Assembly (NCBI GenBank): GCA_043228905.1
Contig: JBHGNT010000010.1
Location: forward strand, 7,874,001-7,938,000
DNA length: 64,000 nucleotides
DNA from: Azolla caroliniana
Lineage: Eukaryota; Plantae; Polypodiophyta
Reading direction: 5' to 3'
Part shown: positions 34,678 to 49,692 of the stretch, in pieces
How positions within the stretch are numbered: the first letter of the stretch is position 1
Layout of the letters: each line of letters begins with the position of its first letter
Translations under genes and position numbers: made by a program
The notes under the pieces: generated by a model
What the model saw: the letters and a program-made list of their open reading frames with translations, nothing else
What the model was told of the DNA's origin: nothing
The model's database searches: none

Positions 34678-37600
34678 TAGGTGTATGGTGCTTTGACTGT
34701 CATAGTGAAGCAAGAACTCATTTTGCTTCATGCCTAGTTCGGTGAGAAAATTTCTCATCCAGATCAGCTCTTTTCTGGCTTCTACCGCTGCCATATACTC
34801 TGCCTCTGTAGTCGACAAAGCTATAGACTTCTGCAGTCGTGACTGCCACAACATTGCTCCCCCTACATAGGTCATCACGTACCCTGACGTGGATCGGCTC
34901 AAGTCGACAAATCCTGACATGTCTGAATTGGTAAACCTTCCAGCATAGGTTTTCCGACACCATACCTTAGGCACACCCCCGAGGTGCCCTTTAAGTACCT
35001 GAGTATCCATTTCACCGTTGCCCAGTGTTCTCTCCCTGGATTACTCATATATCGGCTTACTGCTCCCACAACAAATGTTATATCCGGTCTCCTACAGACC
35101 ATAGCATACATTAGACTGCCAATGGCTGAGGCATATGGTACCTTCTTCATCTCAGCCTTTTCCTTCTATCCCTTCGGACACTGCTTCGGATTTAATCTGC
35201 ATTTTGTCGACAACACTGTGACAACACTGTGCCGACCGGCTTTGCGTCTAACATGTTGAATCTCTCTAGGATCTTCATCACATACTTCTGTTGTGACAAC
35301 CATAGCACCTTCCGAGCTCTGTCTCGGGTTATGTGCATTCCTAGGATTTGCTTTGCCGGTCCAAGGTCTTTCATGGCAAATGATTTTCCGAGAGCTTTCT
35401 TCAAGCTTCCAATCTTTCTTGTGTCTTGACCGACTATCAACATATCATCAACATATAGCAAGAGAATCAAGAAATCTCCTTCTTCGTACCTTTTGACAAA
35501 CACACAGTGATCAGCCTGTGTTTTCTGGAATCGATGTTCCACCATGAAGGACTCGAATTTCTTGTACCATTGGTGTGGAGCTTGTTTCAGACCGTACACA
35601 ATTTTCCTCAGTCGTCACACCAGATTCTCTTTCCCTTTCTCCTCAAAGCCTTCGGGTTGCTGCATGTAGATTTCTTCTTCTAGCTCCCCATGCAGAAATG
35701 CGGTTTTGACATCCAACTGTTCGATCTCCAGATCCATGTTGGCCGCTATGCTCAAAACAATTTGTATGGATGTCATCTTCACGACTGGTGTGAATATTTC
35801 GTCAAAGTCGATGCCCTTCCTCTGTTGGAAACCCTTCACCACTATGCGGGCTTTGTACCTGGGCTCGCTGTCGACTTCTCCAGTCTTCACCTTGTAGACC
35901 CACTTATTTCTGAGTGCTCTCTTACCTTTCGACAGCTCTACTAGGTCGTAGGTGTAATTCGCGTGCAAAGATTCCATCTCCTCTTGCATCGCGTTCAACC
36001 ATTTTCCTCTGCTCTCGTCGGCAATGGCTTCTTCATAGCACTCCAGTTCACCATCATCAGTCAAGAGGATGTATTGACTGGCATATGTAGTCAGTGCTTT
36101 CCTTTCTCTGAGTGGGTACCTTCGTCCACTCGTTGTTGGCTCTTTTCTGGATGTCTCTGCCAACTCTTCTCTTTGCTCGGGATTCTGCTCATCAATCGGC
36201 ATTTCCAGGTTGGACAGTTCCAACTCATATTCTTCGATTGATTTTAGCAAGTCTGCCAACTTTGACTCATAGTCTATCGGTCTTTCCGAGTTGACCGACT
36301 TGGATTCGGCTCTGTCAGCCAATTGTCTCCTTATAGTTGTCGGTGATGACACACTTGGCCTTAAGTCGATGGTAGTCAAGGTTGACTGGGGAGTCGGTTC
36401 CGACTTCTATTGCTTCTAGTCTTCAATTGTCTTATCTTCTAGAAAGACCACATCCCAACTTCTCACTACCTTCTTGTCGACTAAGTCCCACAACCTGTAG
36501 CCGAATTCATCTTCCGAGTATCCCATGAATATGCATGCTTTCGACTTGTTGTCGAGCTTTGACCTTTGATCCTTTGGTACATGCATATACGACAAACATC
36601 CGAACACCCTCAGGTGTTGGTAAGAGACATCCTTCCCTATCCACACTCTTTGTGGGACATCACCCTTTAATGGAGCTGAGGAACTTGTTGATCAGACAAA
36701 CAGTTGTGTACAACGCCTCAGCCCAATAGGATTTCGGCAGTTTCTCATGAGAGAGCATGCTCCTTACTCTCTCCACGATCGTTCGATTCATCCTCTCTAC
36801 AAGCCCGTTCAATTCTGGGCTCTTTGGCACTATGTATTCAATTCGAATACCTTGGCACTTGCAGTATTCCTCGAACTGCCCTTTGCACTCGCCACCATTG
36901 TCGGTTCGAACAACCTTCAATTTTCAGCCCGACTCTCTTTTGGTTCTTTCTTGGAACTCCTTGAAAACCGACAGTACTTGATCCTTCGACTTCAGTACGA
37001 AGGCCCATGTTTTCCGAATGTAGTCGTCAATAAACGTTACAAAGTATTGTCCTCCTCAATGTGATGGAGCATCCACATAGCACACATCCAGTGCAGCTTC
37101 TCTTCTCCTTGGTGGTCTCGTGTGGAATGTCGTCCTGTTCTGCTTTCCAGCTAAGCAATCGACACACTTCTCCAGGTGCACTCCCTTGACTTCTGGTAGA
37201 AGTTCCTAGTCAGCTAACAGGTGCATTCCCTTCTTGCTCATGTGGCCTAGCCTCTTATGCCATATCTCCCCTGTTGAGTCGGCTGCCATGTTTACTTCTG
37301 ATTTGCACAGTCAGGCATGCATCATGTACAATGTGCCTTCTTTCTGTGCTCGGGCCACTATGAGATTTCCTCAGCACAACTTCCACTTTCCATTCCGAAA
37401 GCTACCATTGTAGCCTTCGTCGTCAAGCCTTCCAGTTGATATCAGATTCAATATTATATCAGGGACGTGTCGAACATCCTTCAACGTTAGTCGACACCCT
37501 GTCGACGTCGTTAAACACACACTTCTGACTCCGGTTATCTTGCACTCTCCACTATCACCCATCTTTACATAGCCATGATCCCCGGCTATGTAAGTCGAGA

Positions 37601-39150
37601 AATACTCTCTCGACGGAGTAATATGGAAGGATGCGCCGGAATCGATCACCCACGTGCAATCTTCACTCGCAAGATTTGCACTCGTCTATTCACAAAAGAA
37701 CAGGAGTTCTTCATTGCTCGTAGCAATGGCTGAAGTGTTCTTGTCATCCGGAATTTTCCGGGGTTCAACATTATTTCCGACACTCTTGTTTTTCTTCATG
37801 TGTCGGTAGTCCTTCTGGAAGTGTCTAGGTTTTCCGCAATAAAAGCACACGGGCTTACCTCTGGACTTCGATCTGGCATGGGATTTGTCCATTCGCTACA
37901 GACTTCTTCTTCGCCAATCTCTTCCTCTGTCCATATGTTGAGTCAGATTCGACTCCGTTTGGGACAAGACTCCTTTGTCTTTCCTCCTTGCCTCCTCATT
38001 TAGGATGCTTGTCTTCACCGTCTATAAAGACAAGTTCTCTTCTTGATAGGAGGTACTGAGAGTAACCACCAGGTTCTCCCAGCTTTCCGGCAGTGTGCAC
38101 ATCAGCAGAATGGCCTGCATTGCGTCGTCAAGGGGAAACTTGGTCGCAGCAAGTTGATTTACATACCCCATAAACGTGTTGATGTGTTCGACGATGCTCT
38201 CACCGTCTCTATATTTCAGTCGTACGATTTTCCTCATTAGCGAGGTTTTGTTTAGCGCGTTCTTCCTCTCGTACAGACCCGACAGCTTCTACCACATCTC
38301 GTGGGCATTCGTGTCATTCACCACATGCTGAAGGACGCTTACATCGACACTTTGTCGGATTGTGGTCACCGCCTTCCTATTCAGAAGCTTCCAGTACGAC
38401 TCTAATACCCCCATGGGTATTTCTGCTCTGTAGACTGGCTCGTACAGGTCTTTGACTATGAGAAGGTCTTCCATCTTTATCTTCCAGTCTGCATAGTTTT
38501 GTGAGTTCAGAACTATCATACCTGGGAAACCGCTAACACCTCCTTCCATGCTTGCAGCTCAAGCTCTAATACCAGTTTGTTGAGAAATCGTCGCGGAATA
38601 AATCACAATAGACAAATAATGCGCTGAAATACGAATCACACAGAAATGCCAGAAATAACAAAGACAAGATAAACGACAGATGTACACAGAGATTTACGTG
38701 GAAACGTTGAGACGGGAAAAACCGCAAGAGAACAAAATCTTCACTATAGATAGTGGATATACAAAACAAAGATGATTACAACACTCTGTTGAGTGTATCA
38801 ACCGCACAGGGCTCTTTGCATCTGTTGTTACACACACAGCTATGGCGCGGCTCACACACACTTCCTGTCTCACTCTCTCTCTCTCTCCCTCACGCTCTAC
38901 ACCTTTTGCACAGAGTTTTTCTAGTTGCATATATACTTACGCAAATTTCTAGTTATTTACACTAGTAGCCCTCATGGGGCACACACTAAGACTATTTACA
39001 AATATAGTCTCCCGAGTTGGCTATTTACACGATTCCGGTTTCGGCCTCGGCCGAGTTCCTCATCAACTCGGCTCCTATTTTCCGACTCTTCGACTGTCGG
39101 CTTTCCGAACAGTCGGATCATCCTCCCACTGGAGGGACATATTCCCAACA
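34678..39150 (-). mobile_element. 3'-truncated Tork-like copia element
   Basis: 5' LTR 38578-39150 and PBS TGGTATTAGAGC ending at 38574. Gag NYADWKIKMEDLL, CFYCGKP, IDSGASFH, INT, YVDD. RNase H is cut at 34678. Confidence 0.9.
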
Positions 39151-40930
39151 AATGTCTAGGGCAGCTCGGCATGTGCCAACATGCTCTGGACTCTCTCAAT
39201 CACAGTCCGGTTCATCCTTTCAGCCAATCAGTTCAGCTCCGGTGTCTTTGGCATGGGAAATCCGAGTTGGATTCCCTTTGTCTAATAGTACTCCTCAAAC
39301 TATCCCCGGTATTCTCCTCCGTTGTCTACTCGAACCAGTTTTAGCTTCTGATCGGTTTCCCTTTCCACTCTCGCGTGGAATTCCTTGAAGACAGGTACCT
39401 GGTCCTTCATCTTGAGTGGTGAAACCCACAACTTCCGGTTGTGGCCGTCTATGAACGTCACGAAGTACTGCGATCCGGCATGTTACTTCATGTCCACTTG
39501 GCATACATCAGTATGCACAAGTTCCAGCGGTGCATTCTGTCTTGATGGTGGTCTCGACCAGAAAGAGTTTTGGTTTTTCTTGCCGGGCAAGCAGTCAATG
39601 CATCTCTCAAGTTGCACGTCTTTCACCTCCAGAATGAGGTTTCCCTTGGCAAGTCTTCGCAACCCTTTCTAGCTCATGACACAACCTCTTGTGCCACAAC
39701 TCACCGGTAGTGTCGGATACCAAGTTCACTTCTTTCGGGCATATCCGGGCATGCATCAAGTACAAGGTGTTGATCTTTCGGGCTCTGGCCAATATCACGC
39801 TTCCTTTGCAAAAATTCATGACTCTGTTCCAGATGCTAACCATGTAGCCTTCATCATCTAGCCGACCGGCTGATATCAGGTTCAACCGAACCTCCGGAAC
39901 GTGTCGTACAACTTTCCGCAACAACTTGCACCCGGTTGACGTCGCCAACCACACGTCTCCTATGCCGATAATTCGGCATGCACCTTCATTTCCCATCCAG
40001 ACAAAACCGTGATCTCCAACTCTGTAAGATGAGAAGCACTTCCGGTCAGGATTCAAATAGAACGACGCGCCGAAGTCGACCACCCACATTGTTTCGTCGC
40101 TAACAAGATGTAGCTCGTTTTCCTCGAAGACGAGCAATAGTTCTTCTTCACGTGTTGCGATTTCCGACATGTCTCTGCTTTCTGAAATCTTCTTCAGTTC
40201 CGGAATGTCAGATCCCCCTTTGGCTTTCTGGAAGTGTCAGCAATTCTTCTGGAAGTGCCCCGACTTTCCACAATAAAAGCATGTGGGCCTCCCCCTTGAC
40301 TTCAACCTCATCTCCGATTTGTCCTAGGTTCTGGGGACTTTGATTCCACCCTCTTCCCCGGTTATAGTCGTCTTCCGTAACCAAGGTCTTCGGATCGGTT
40401 CCAAACTCTCGGTCCTTCCGGTGAGTTTCTTCATCTTGCAAGCTCGACTTTACTCTTCTTAGGGATAGGTGTTTCCCTTCAGGCCCGGCTTTGCCCAAAG
40501 TAACACCTAGCGTCTCCCAATTATCCAGGAGGGAACCGGGCAAGAGCAATGTGAGTACCTCATCGGCTAGGGGTACTTCCAACGAGGTTGTTTGGTTTAT
40601 CAAACCCTAGAAAGCATTCATGTGCTCTGCCATACTGGATTTGTCTTGGTATCGGAGTCTCACTAACTTCCAGAATATTGAGATCCGATTCACGGCATTT
40701 TTGCTCTCTAGCATGGTACCGATTTTCTCCCAGAGCACATGAGCCTTGCTCTCTTCATTAAAGTTGTTGTACAAGCTCATGTCGATGAAGCATCGAATGT
40801 ATGTCGTCGTTTTCATGTGCAATACTTCCCAGGTCGTGGCATCAATCTTGTCCGGTCTTTTGTCTCCAAACTGTACCGGTAGCCAGAGATCTTTAACCAC
40901 CAACATCTCCCTCATCTTCGACTTCCACAC
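39151..40930 (-). mobile_element. Tork-like copia gag-PR-INT fragment (close relative of 11563-17122)
   Basis: WKSKMREMLVVKDLWLPVQFGDKRP, EVRLNLISAGRLDDEG, GELWHKRLCH. Confidence 0.88.
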
Positions 40931-40986
40931 TGGGCATAGAGAATATTGCGATCTGTCAGTGGCACTAAGGACAAGGCATTGCTATA

Positions 40987-43548
40987 TGTTGAGCAGACAA
41001 GCTCAACCGGATCCGGATCAAAGTCTAGAATGGAGAACCGGATCGGTGTCCGGATGGTATCCGGAAGCAGGAGGCGGATCGGATCGTAACTGGTAGGACG
41101 TTAGAGGTCTACAATCTTAGCCTAGTACATAAACAGATTCCTTGGTGTCAGTATCAATCACTCGTATGAGCATTGAAGTACTTGTCAGTACTTTTGTCAG
41201 TCCGTGTAAGGACATGTACAAAAATGTTCACTGAGCACATTGTATGTACAGAGTGGTGTTATTATTTTGAATTGAGTTCTTGCTTTCTGCTCTCTATGTC
41301 TCTCCTGTGTATCCTAAGCTTCCATTAACCTTTGTCTATTTTTTTCTGTTGTTGACCGGATAAACCGGTTTGTCAAAGCTTCCGCATATTAACTTTGACA
41401 TGGTATCAGAGCGCGAGAGTTGAGAACACTTCCGGATCAGAGGAAGTGTGGTACGTTGACTACAAAGCATCAAACCACATGACAAGCCATGAAGCGTGGT
41501 TATCATTTTTGGAAAAGACGGAGCAACCAAGAGTTGTCGAAACCAGAGACGACGCCCTCGCCCGATTGTGTATGTCGGAGAAGTCCCTTTAAGCCATGTC
41601 AGACAAAAGGGAAAGCTAATAAACGTACTACAAGTTCCGACAATAACAAAGAACCTAGTGTCGGTCAGGCAGATCGCCGACCAAGGGATGGAGGTGTGGT
41701 TTACACACCTCGGGTGCTTCATTGAGGAAGAAGGCCGAATAATTGCGCAAGGGCGTTAGGATAGGAGGATGTTTATCCTTGACACCAATGATGTTGGCAC
41801 TGCCTTGTTTGCCAAAGGACAAAAGATTGAATCGGATATCAATCTCTAGCACAAGCCAATTGGCCACATCAACTATCGGAGGCTTCAAGACCTGCAATCA
41901 AAACAAGTTGCTTTTGGATTGCCGAAATTCAGTGGTCGGAAGGCTCAAATTTATGAAGCCTGCCAGCTTGGGAAGCAACACCGGCTTCCATTCCCCACCA
42001 AAAGAAACCGGAGCCGTAACAAGCTTGATCTAATACATTCGAATGTGTGGGGACCAGCATAGAACGTTAGACTTGGCAGGAGTCGATACTTCGTCTCCTT
42101 CATCGACGACTACAGTCGGCACACATGGATCTACCTAATCGAAAGGAAAAGTGAAGTTTTCAACTGTTTCCGGAACCTGCAAAGTCTTGTAGAACGGGAA
42201 ACGGAGAGGAAGATCAAGTGCTCGCGGTCGGATGGCGGAAAAGAATACTTTTCTGACCAATTCAATAGTTATCTGTAGCATAAAGGAATTCGCAGAGAAT
42301 TCAACTCCAAGTACACACGGAACAAAATGGTGTGGCTAAGAGGAAGAACCGGTCAAATGTGGAGGCAACACAAGCAATGTTGGAGGAGAAGAGCATGCCC
42401 AAGTTCTACTAGGCCGAAGCGGTCTGGATGACCGTCTACATCCAAAACCGGGTTGGGGATAAGGTGTCAGCACATGAGTTGTATTTCGGGTGAAAGCCGA
42501 ATTTAATGCACCTTAAGATATTCAGTAGCATTGCTTATGTGCACGTGCCAGATGAGAAGCGGAGAAAGCTGGACCCGAAGTCGAAGAACTACCTCCTTGT
42601 CAGCTTCTCACATGAGCAAAAGGGTTATAAGTGCTATAACCCTCGAACAAAATAAGTTTGAGTGAGCCGAGATGTCGAATTTGATGAGTCGGCATAATGG
42701 TACTCTCTACCGACTTCAATGTCTGATTCCGGAGGATGAGGCTAGTGAGCCCGAAATGATCGGCGCATAAGATGAAGAAGGATTCGGTACTCTAGATGAA
42801 GTCTGATCTCATTCCAGCTAAGTGAGCCGAATGAATGACTGAGTCAGCATGACCAGTCAGATGACGAACCAGCGAGTAGTGGAGAATCGACCGTGCTCTC
42901 CCCGCGTTAGGAACTGAGGAGATGGTTCACCTGCAGAGAAAAGGGGAAGAAGAAGATGCCAGAATACGCCACCGACAGAGACGAGTTGGATCGGAGCGAA
43001 TCCGACTCCAGAAAGAACGAAGATGAACCTTTGGGAACGAAGTCTGAGCCAACCACGAGGGCCTTGAAATCGGCTAACGAGAAGTTATGCCGATCCACCC
43101 GCCAAAAGAACCCCATGAAAAGGTACGGGTATAATGTGTACATGGCGCATCATTATGCGTACATGATGAAAGTGGCAGTAGTGCTCGAGTCGGAGAACTA
43201 TGTAGAAGCGGCGAAGGAAGCAAATTGGAGTGCCTCTATTGACGAAGAGATGCACACACTCATGGAAAATGAGACATGGAATTTAGTGGACGTACCAAAA
43301 GGAGTGAAGCCGATTGGTTGCCGGTGGGTATACAAGGTTAAATACAACAACGCCGGCTCTGTCAATAGGTACAAGGTCTAGTTAGTGACCAAGGGCTATG
43401 TGCAGTAGCATGACATCAATTATGATGAGATGTTCGCGCCAATCGTGAAGATGACAACCGTCCGTGTATTGCTTGCGGTGGGAACGGCGAAGGGGTGGCA
43501 TCTACATCAAATGGATGTGAAAAGCTCATTCCTACAAGGTGATCTTGA
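40987..43548 (+). mobile_element. Short-LTR copia element lacking gag (LTR 40987-41400, PBS 41401-41415, PR-INT-RT start)
   Basis: TGTTGAGCAGACAAGCTCAAC...TTGACA|TGGTATCAGAGCG, then a jump directly to EEVWYVD. Many stops. Confidence 0.87.
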
Positions 43549-43710
43549 GCATCCAAAGATCCGAGTGCTGAAGAAGGCCTTGAGCAGATCATTCTCGATG
43601 AAGGATATGGGTCCGGCAAAGCAATTCCTGGGGATGCAAATTGTTCAGGATCGAACAAAGAAATTGTTGTGGCTGTCACAAGAAAAATACGTGACAAAGG
43701 TGCTCCAGAA
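43549..43710 (+). mobile_element. Tork-like RT fragment fused in frame to the preceding copia RT
   Basis: ...FLQGDLE|[29 protein letters not shown]...LWLSQEKY. Confidence 0.75.
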
Positions 43711-43819
43711 CAAAACGTACTCCATTGTTTTCGTCTTCATGTTTTTCTATCTGTGTACTAGCTTTCTTGTTTTCTGCACCCGAATACGAACGTGTAACCA
43801 GTAGTGGTTGGTCGATTCC

Positions 43820-46800
43820 TAACATAATGGAGCGCCATGTACTCATTATAGCCATACCTGATCACTGGCTTCTTGTGGCGAATCGATTGGCGTAGCTTCT
43901 CATTCGTCGATTTAATGGCCCTCTTGGTCGCATCTGACCTCAACTCTTGAGGTCCATCTTCGTTCCGGTTGGTGTCAATTCTCCCGCATCCGATGCACAC
44001 TTATCCATGTCGTGCTCTAGCATCTTCATCTTCCCCTTCTCTTTGCGTGTATACCGTCTCCTCGGTTACTTGGGCGGCCAAGTCGTCACTGTTCATGGCT
44101 CTTCATTTTGTTGGTCACCCCGACCCAACTCTTCATTCGGGCCACTCAACCGGAATGAAATTGGACTCCCCACTTGACTGCCGATATCTTCTTCTTCTTC
44201 TTCCCGAATCATCTCGGGCTCACTGGCGTCATCCTCAATAATCGGGTGGTTGGAGTTGTCGAGGGTGAGAGTTGGAAAAGAATATCAAGATGCCGACTCG
44301 TCGAACACAACGTCTCGGCTTCCTCGAACTTGTTTGGTCCGGGGGTTATAACACTTATACCCCTTCTATTCCTGTGAGTAGCCGACCAATATGCACTTTT
44401 CTGACTTCGCTTCCAGCTTCTTCCTCTTCTCATCTGGCACATGCACATAGGTAATACTACCAAATACCCTCAGGTGTTTCAAGTTCGACTTTCATCCGAA
44501 CTACAATTCATGTGTCGACTCCTTCTCTCTGATCTGATTCTGGATGTAGACCACTGTCTGAACCGCCTCGGCCCAATAAAACTTGGGCATGTTGTTCTCC
44601 TCCAGCATTGCCCTTGCCACTTCGACAATCAACCGATTCTTTCGTTCTACTATGGCATATATCTACAGATGAATTCGCGTCGAATTCCTATCTGTTGTAG
44701 ATAACAATTGAACTAGCCGGAAAAGTATTCCCTTCTGCCATCTGACTACAGGCACTTGATCTTCCTTTCCCTTTCCACTAAGCTTTTTAGGTTCCGAAAA
44801 CAGTCAAAGACTTCCCTCTTCTTTTTGATGAGGTAGATCCAAGTGTCCTAGCTATAGTCGTCGATTAAGGAGATGAAGTATCTACTCCCGCATATATCTG
44901 AATGTATCAAGTCGAGCTTATTGCGGCTCCAATTCTACTCATTGGTGGAAGTGGGTGTTGCTTCCGTAGCTAGTAGGCTTCACAAATTTGGGCCTTCCAG
45001 CCACTGAATTTCGGCAAACCGAACACAACTTGTTTCGTTTGCAATTCTTGAAGCCTTTGGTAGTTGATGCTTGACTCAACTTTTTGTCCTTTGACAAACC
45101 TAGCGGTGCCAATGTCATTTGTGTCGAGGATGAGCTTCCTCCCTTCTCGGTGCCCTTGCGCAATGATTTGGCCTTCCTCTTCGATGAAGCACCCGAGATG
45201 GGTGAACCGGACTTGCATCCCTTGGTCGACGATCGGTCCGACCGACACCAAGTTCTTCGTGATTGTCGGGACGTGCAATATGTTCATCAGTCTCCCCTTC
45301 TGTCCGACATGACTCAGGGGGACATCACCGACACGTTCGATCGGATGTGAAGTGTCATCACTGGTTTCGACAACAGTTCTCGGTTGTTCCGATTTCTCCA
45401 AATATTAGAACCACTCTTCGTAATTGGCCATATGATTCGATGCTCGGAAGTCGACATAGCACACCTCGTTCAGTTTTGAGGTGCTCGTCTTCATCGAATT
45501 TGCCTTGTGCTTCATCACAAAGGTTGGGCCCTTTTCCGGTTTTGGGTCCTTCTGACCCTTCGGCGTAGTGCGATCGTTGCCGATTTCCATGTTCAGCTTT
45601 ACTCGATGCGGATTTATCCGAATCGGCTTTCTTTTTCCAACACTCACTCTCCTTGTGGCCTTTTCGACCACAATACCAATAATCCATCTCGGCTTTCCGT
45701 TGCTGGTTGTCGGCGCCTTGATCCCCCTGCTCGTGGAGGGTCCAGAACTATTGTCGGCATGTTGATTATGCCTTCGATTATGTCTTGTCGGAAGCCACCA
45801 TTGCATGTTGATCCACCTCGTCCTTCATGACCACAAGGTTGATCTGCCTCCATGTATAGCATTCGGCTATCAGATTGCATGCTCTTCGATGCACCTGTGT
45901 GGTTTTCCTCGACCATGAGCATCGATTGCAGATCGAAGAATGACGATGGTTCTCCCTTGTGCAAATAACCGTCTGAATTGGTTTGTACCTTTGTGCTAAA
46001 CCACCAAGGCATCTGTACCATCTCATCTTCATCCACCATCACATTGATGGACCCCAAGGCATCACTGATCTCCTTGATTTTGGTGGTGTAGTCAATCACC
46101 ATCATATCCCTATGTCGGATATTGTTGAGATCTTGCCGGAGGTGCAACATCCGGGCCGTGGTACTTGCGCCAAAAATATTCCTCAAATTTTCCCAAGCCT
46201 CTTTCAGCGTCTTTGCATCCGAATGTAGCTCAACATTTGGTCGTGCACACAGGATGCAAGGCAATACAAGACTCTGCTTGCTACTTGCTCCCACACCGGA
46301 AAATCCTTGGGTGCCAAATCCGGTGCTACTTCGTTTACTCCTTCCACATAGGTCCAATAACCATGCTTAATCAAGTACTAGTGCATCTTGTAGGACCAAG
46401 ATGCATAGTTGCTCTGATTGAGCTTTTCGGTTGGAAGTGAGCTTTCCATGCTTCTGTCCATTTTCTTCTTCTTGTTTATTCTTACCGGGGTCTATGGTTT
46501 GTCTGTGTTACAACTCTTGTTGGCAGCAGAGGATTCTCAAACCTCACGCTTTGATACCATGTGAAGATTAGCATGCGGAATCTAGAACAAACACACCTAG
46601 CTCAGCCGGATAGCAACAGAGAACACAGAGAGAATCAATGGAGAACTCGGGAGAGATAGGGAGAGAGTAGAACACAAATAACTCAATTTCAAATTAACAC
46701 TCTGTACAGTCAAATGCTCAGAGAGCATTTTCTATACAAGTCCATAAAGGACTGACTGAAGTACTGACAAGTACTTCAATGCTCATAACTAAGCTACTGA

Positions 46801-46944
46801 CACTAACTCCTAGGAATATAACTTCCTAGTAATCTAGGATTGTAGGCCTCTAACGGCCTACTAAGTCCACACGTATTTCCCTCACCGATCTGTCTCTCGA
46901 CTTGTTCAACCGATCAGGCCCATGTTAAGCTTGCTCGCTCAACA
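43820..46944 (-). mobile_element. 5' half of a short-LTR copia element (LTR 46560-46944, PBS 46548-46559)
   Basis: GCTTTGATACCA|TGTG...CTCAACA. WYCGRKGHKESECWKK, HVPTITKNLVSVG and integrase remnants. Confidence 0.87.
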
Positions 46945-47886
46945 CTGCTAGAGCCATCTTGATACCGGAGCCTCGCAATCTTCTGAAACACGAAGACTCT
47001 GTTGATGGCAGTCGATCTTCTTCCACAGGACGTCTTCCTTGGTCTCTTCATTAAAGTTTTTGTATAAACTCATGTCTATAAAACACCTAATGTATGTCGT
47101 CGTCTTCATATGCATAACCTCCCAAGTTGACATATCAATCTTATCTGGCCTTTTGTCTTCGAACTACATCAGCAATCAGAGATCTCTGCAGACCAACATG
47201 GTCCTCATCTTCGACTTCCACACCGAGTAGTTGGATCCGGTTAGTTTGAACATCTCACCGAATGAGTCTTCCATTTTCTTTCACTTGAAGGTTATGGACC
47301 TTTGCTCTAATACCAGTTTGATAGAAAAATGGGTCTCAGCAACAACCGAGATTCAAGCACAAGATGAAAAACAGAATATTGTGCAGACTCACAGAGACAA
47401 AGCAACGCAAGATGTTAACGTGGAAACACACAAATGGGAAAAACCATGGGAGCCCTCAGACTCCAAACAGAATCACTAATGGGGAGAAGGAATACAACAA
47501 GAGACTCTGAAGGCAACAACCTTGAGCTCTTCTTCCTCCACTAACAGTTACTACAGAGAAACCACTTTCCTCCCTGTCTCTCTTCTCACGCTCTGTTCGT
47601 TACAACAACTACAATAACCTCTACAATGTATATAATGTTTTTATTGTAGTTATATTTATACCAATATAACTTTAGGCCTATTTACAAATATAGCCTCAAA
47701 AGGTGTATGAGAACATATTTACATGTCCTTTCCCATATTCATCTCTAGGGCCGGCTGGATGCCTTTCAGATATGGTCCGGCTTCGGATCCATCCAATCTA
47801 TAACTCGATCTTCAACCGGTTCTTTCCTTCAGGCTAGGTTGATCCAACTTGTCCTCTTCCTATCCGCAGGGACCTGTTTCCCAATA
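46945..47886 (-). mobile_element. Tork-like 5' LTR (47319-47886), PBS and gag start
   Basis: GCTCTAATACCA; WEVMHMKTTTYIRCFIDMSLY; LTR motif TTAACGTGGAAAC. Confidence 0.8.
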
Positions 47887-48233
47887 GTTTCGTCCACTCT
47901 TCAAGGAGATTTATGTTGTAATCCCCCAAACACATTGTGGCAATGCAATGGGTGAATGCAAAACATGTTGAATGATATGTATGCTGGCATGCTTGGAGCT
48001 GTACAAGTGTCCGCAATTGCTAACCCGCAAGTGATACATGTGGCATGAATAGTCAATATACTCTATCCTCCAACTCTACTTTTGGTAAGGGAGTAGGAAT
48101 GGTAAAGTCATATGCTTGTCTTCACCTTACCATTCCCTCCACAAATTGTAGTCGCTTTTTAAGGCGACATACTATTTGTTCTTGGTTTTTGTATCATTCC
48201 CAGAATGTATAAGAAAAGTTTATTCCTTTATCA

Positions 48234-49692
48234 TGTTGATAAATGAATCGTCAATCCACTAGAAAAGGAATATGATGAAATACACAACTCTAAAGCATAG
48301 AAATCAGTGTACACAGATTTAACGTGGAAACCCTAAACGGGTGAAAACCACGGAGAATGGAGTTTCACTATACAGTGGATATACAACAATAAGATCAATG
48401 TACAACACTCTCTACACAGAGTGTAAACAGCCACGTGGGGCTCTTGGCATATGATGTTTCTAAAACACACGTATGGCGCCGCTCACTCACTCACGCTACC
48501 ACACACTCTTTTCTCTTCTCTCTCTCTCTCTCTCACACACACATACATATGTGTTCTGTTTGCCCTATGTGTATTTATAATAATACACAAAATGGGCTAC
48601 TTACAATCATGGCCATTATTATTATCCAATAATAATAGTAGTAGTCTTACTAATCAACCGACTCATTTTTCGACTATCGTGTCGGTCCGACTAGTCAGCC
48701 TGATCTTCAACCATCCGGTCGGCCCGACTAGCCGGTTGTGTCTCCAACCTCGATCAACTCTCTCCGAGTTGACTCGATTGTCGCCTTTCATCCGATCAGT
48801 CGGTTGCTCCCTGTCTTCGAGTAGTCGGCTCCTCACACTAAAGGGACACATTCCTAACAAACTCCCCCTTCACTCTTGTGGGGAGAAGTTCGTTATTCTT
48901 GTCCTCTGTTGACAGACTCTAAGTCGGTCCATCAGTAGGTTCTTTGGCAGCATGTCGGATCCGTTGTCATCAGTATGGATCTTCACTAGGGTAAACTCTC
49001 CTTTGTCAACTTTCTCACGTAGCCAATGATACCTTCTCTGTATGTGCTTGGTCCAGGAATGGTATGCAACATTCTTGGCTAGATGTATGGCACTCTGGTT
49101 GTCACAGTGAAGCAAAAAATCCTTTTGCTTCATCCCCAACTCCCTGAGAAAGTTTTTTATCCAAATTAGCTCCTTGTCGGTCTTTATCATTGCCATGTAC
49201 TCTACCTCTGTGGTCGACAAGGCCACAGACTTCTGCAATCGTGACTGCCACGACACTGCTCCCCCTATGTAGGTCATCACGTACCTTGACATGGATCGGC
49301 TTGAGTCTACATCTCCTAACATGTCTAAGTCGGTAAACCCTTCGAGCATGGGTTTTCCGACACCATACTTAAAACACACACCCGAGTTGCCTCTAAAATA
49401 CTTGAGTATCCATTTCACTACTGCCCAGTGTTCTCGTCCTAGATTACTCATGTATCGGCTTACTGTTCCACAACAAATGCTATGTCTAGTCTCGTATAGA
49501 CCATAGCATACATTAAGCTACTGACGGCTGAGGTATATGGTACTTTCCTCATCTCAGCCTTTTCTTTCTCCCCTCTCGGGCATTGCTTTGCATTTAGCTT
49601 GCAGTTAGTCGGTAACACCGAGCCGACTGGCTTTACTTCCGACATGTTGAATCTTTCTAGCATCTTAGTCATGTATTTCTTTTGTGACAACC
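48234..49692 (-). mobile_element. Tork-like 3' end: RT/RNase H, PPT (48860-48869) and 3' LTR (48234-48859)
   Basis: VSWQSRLQKSVALSTTE, CDNQSAIHLAKN; AACTCCCCCT adjoining the LTR. Confidence 0.87.
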
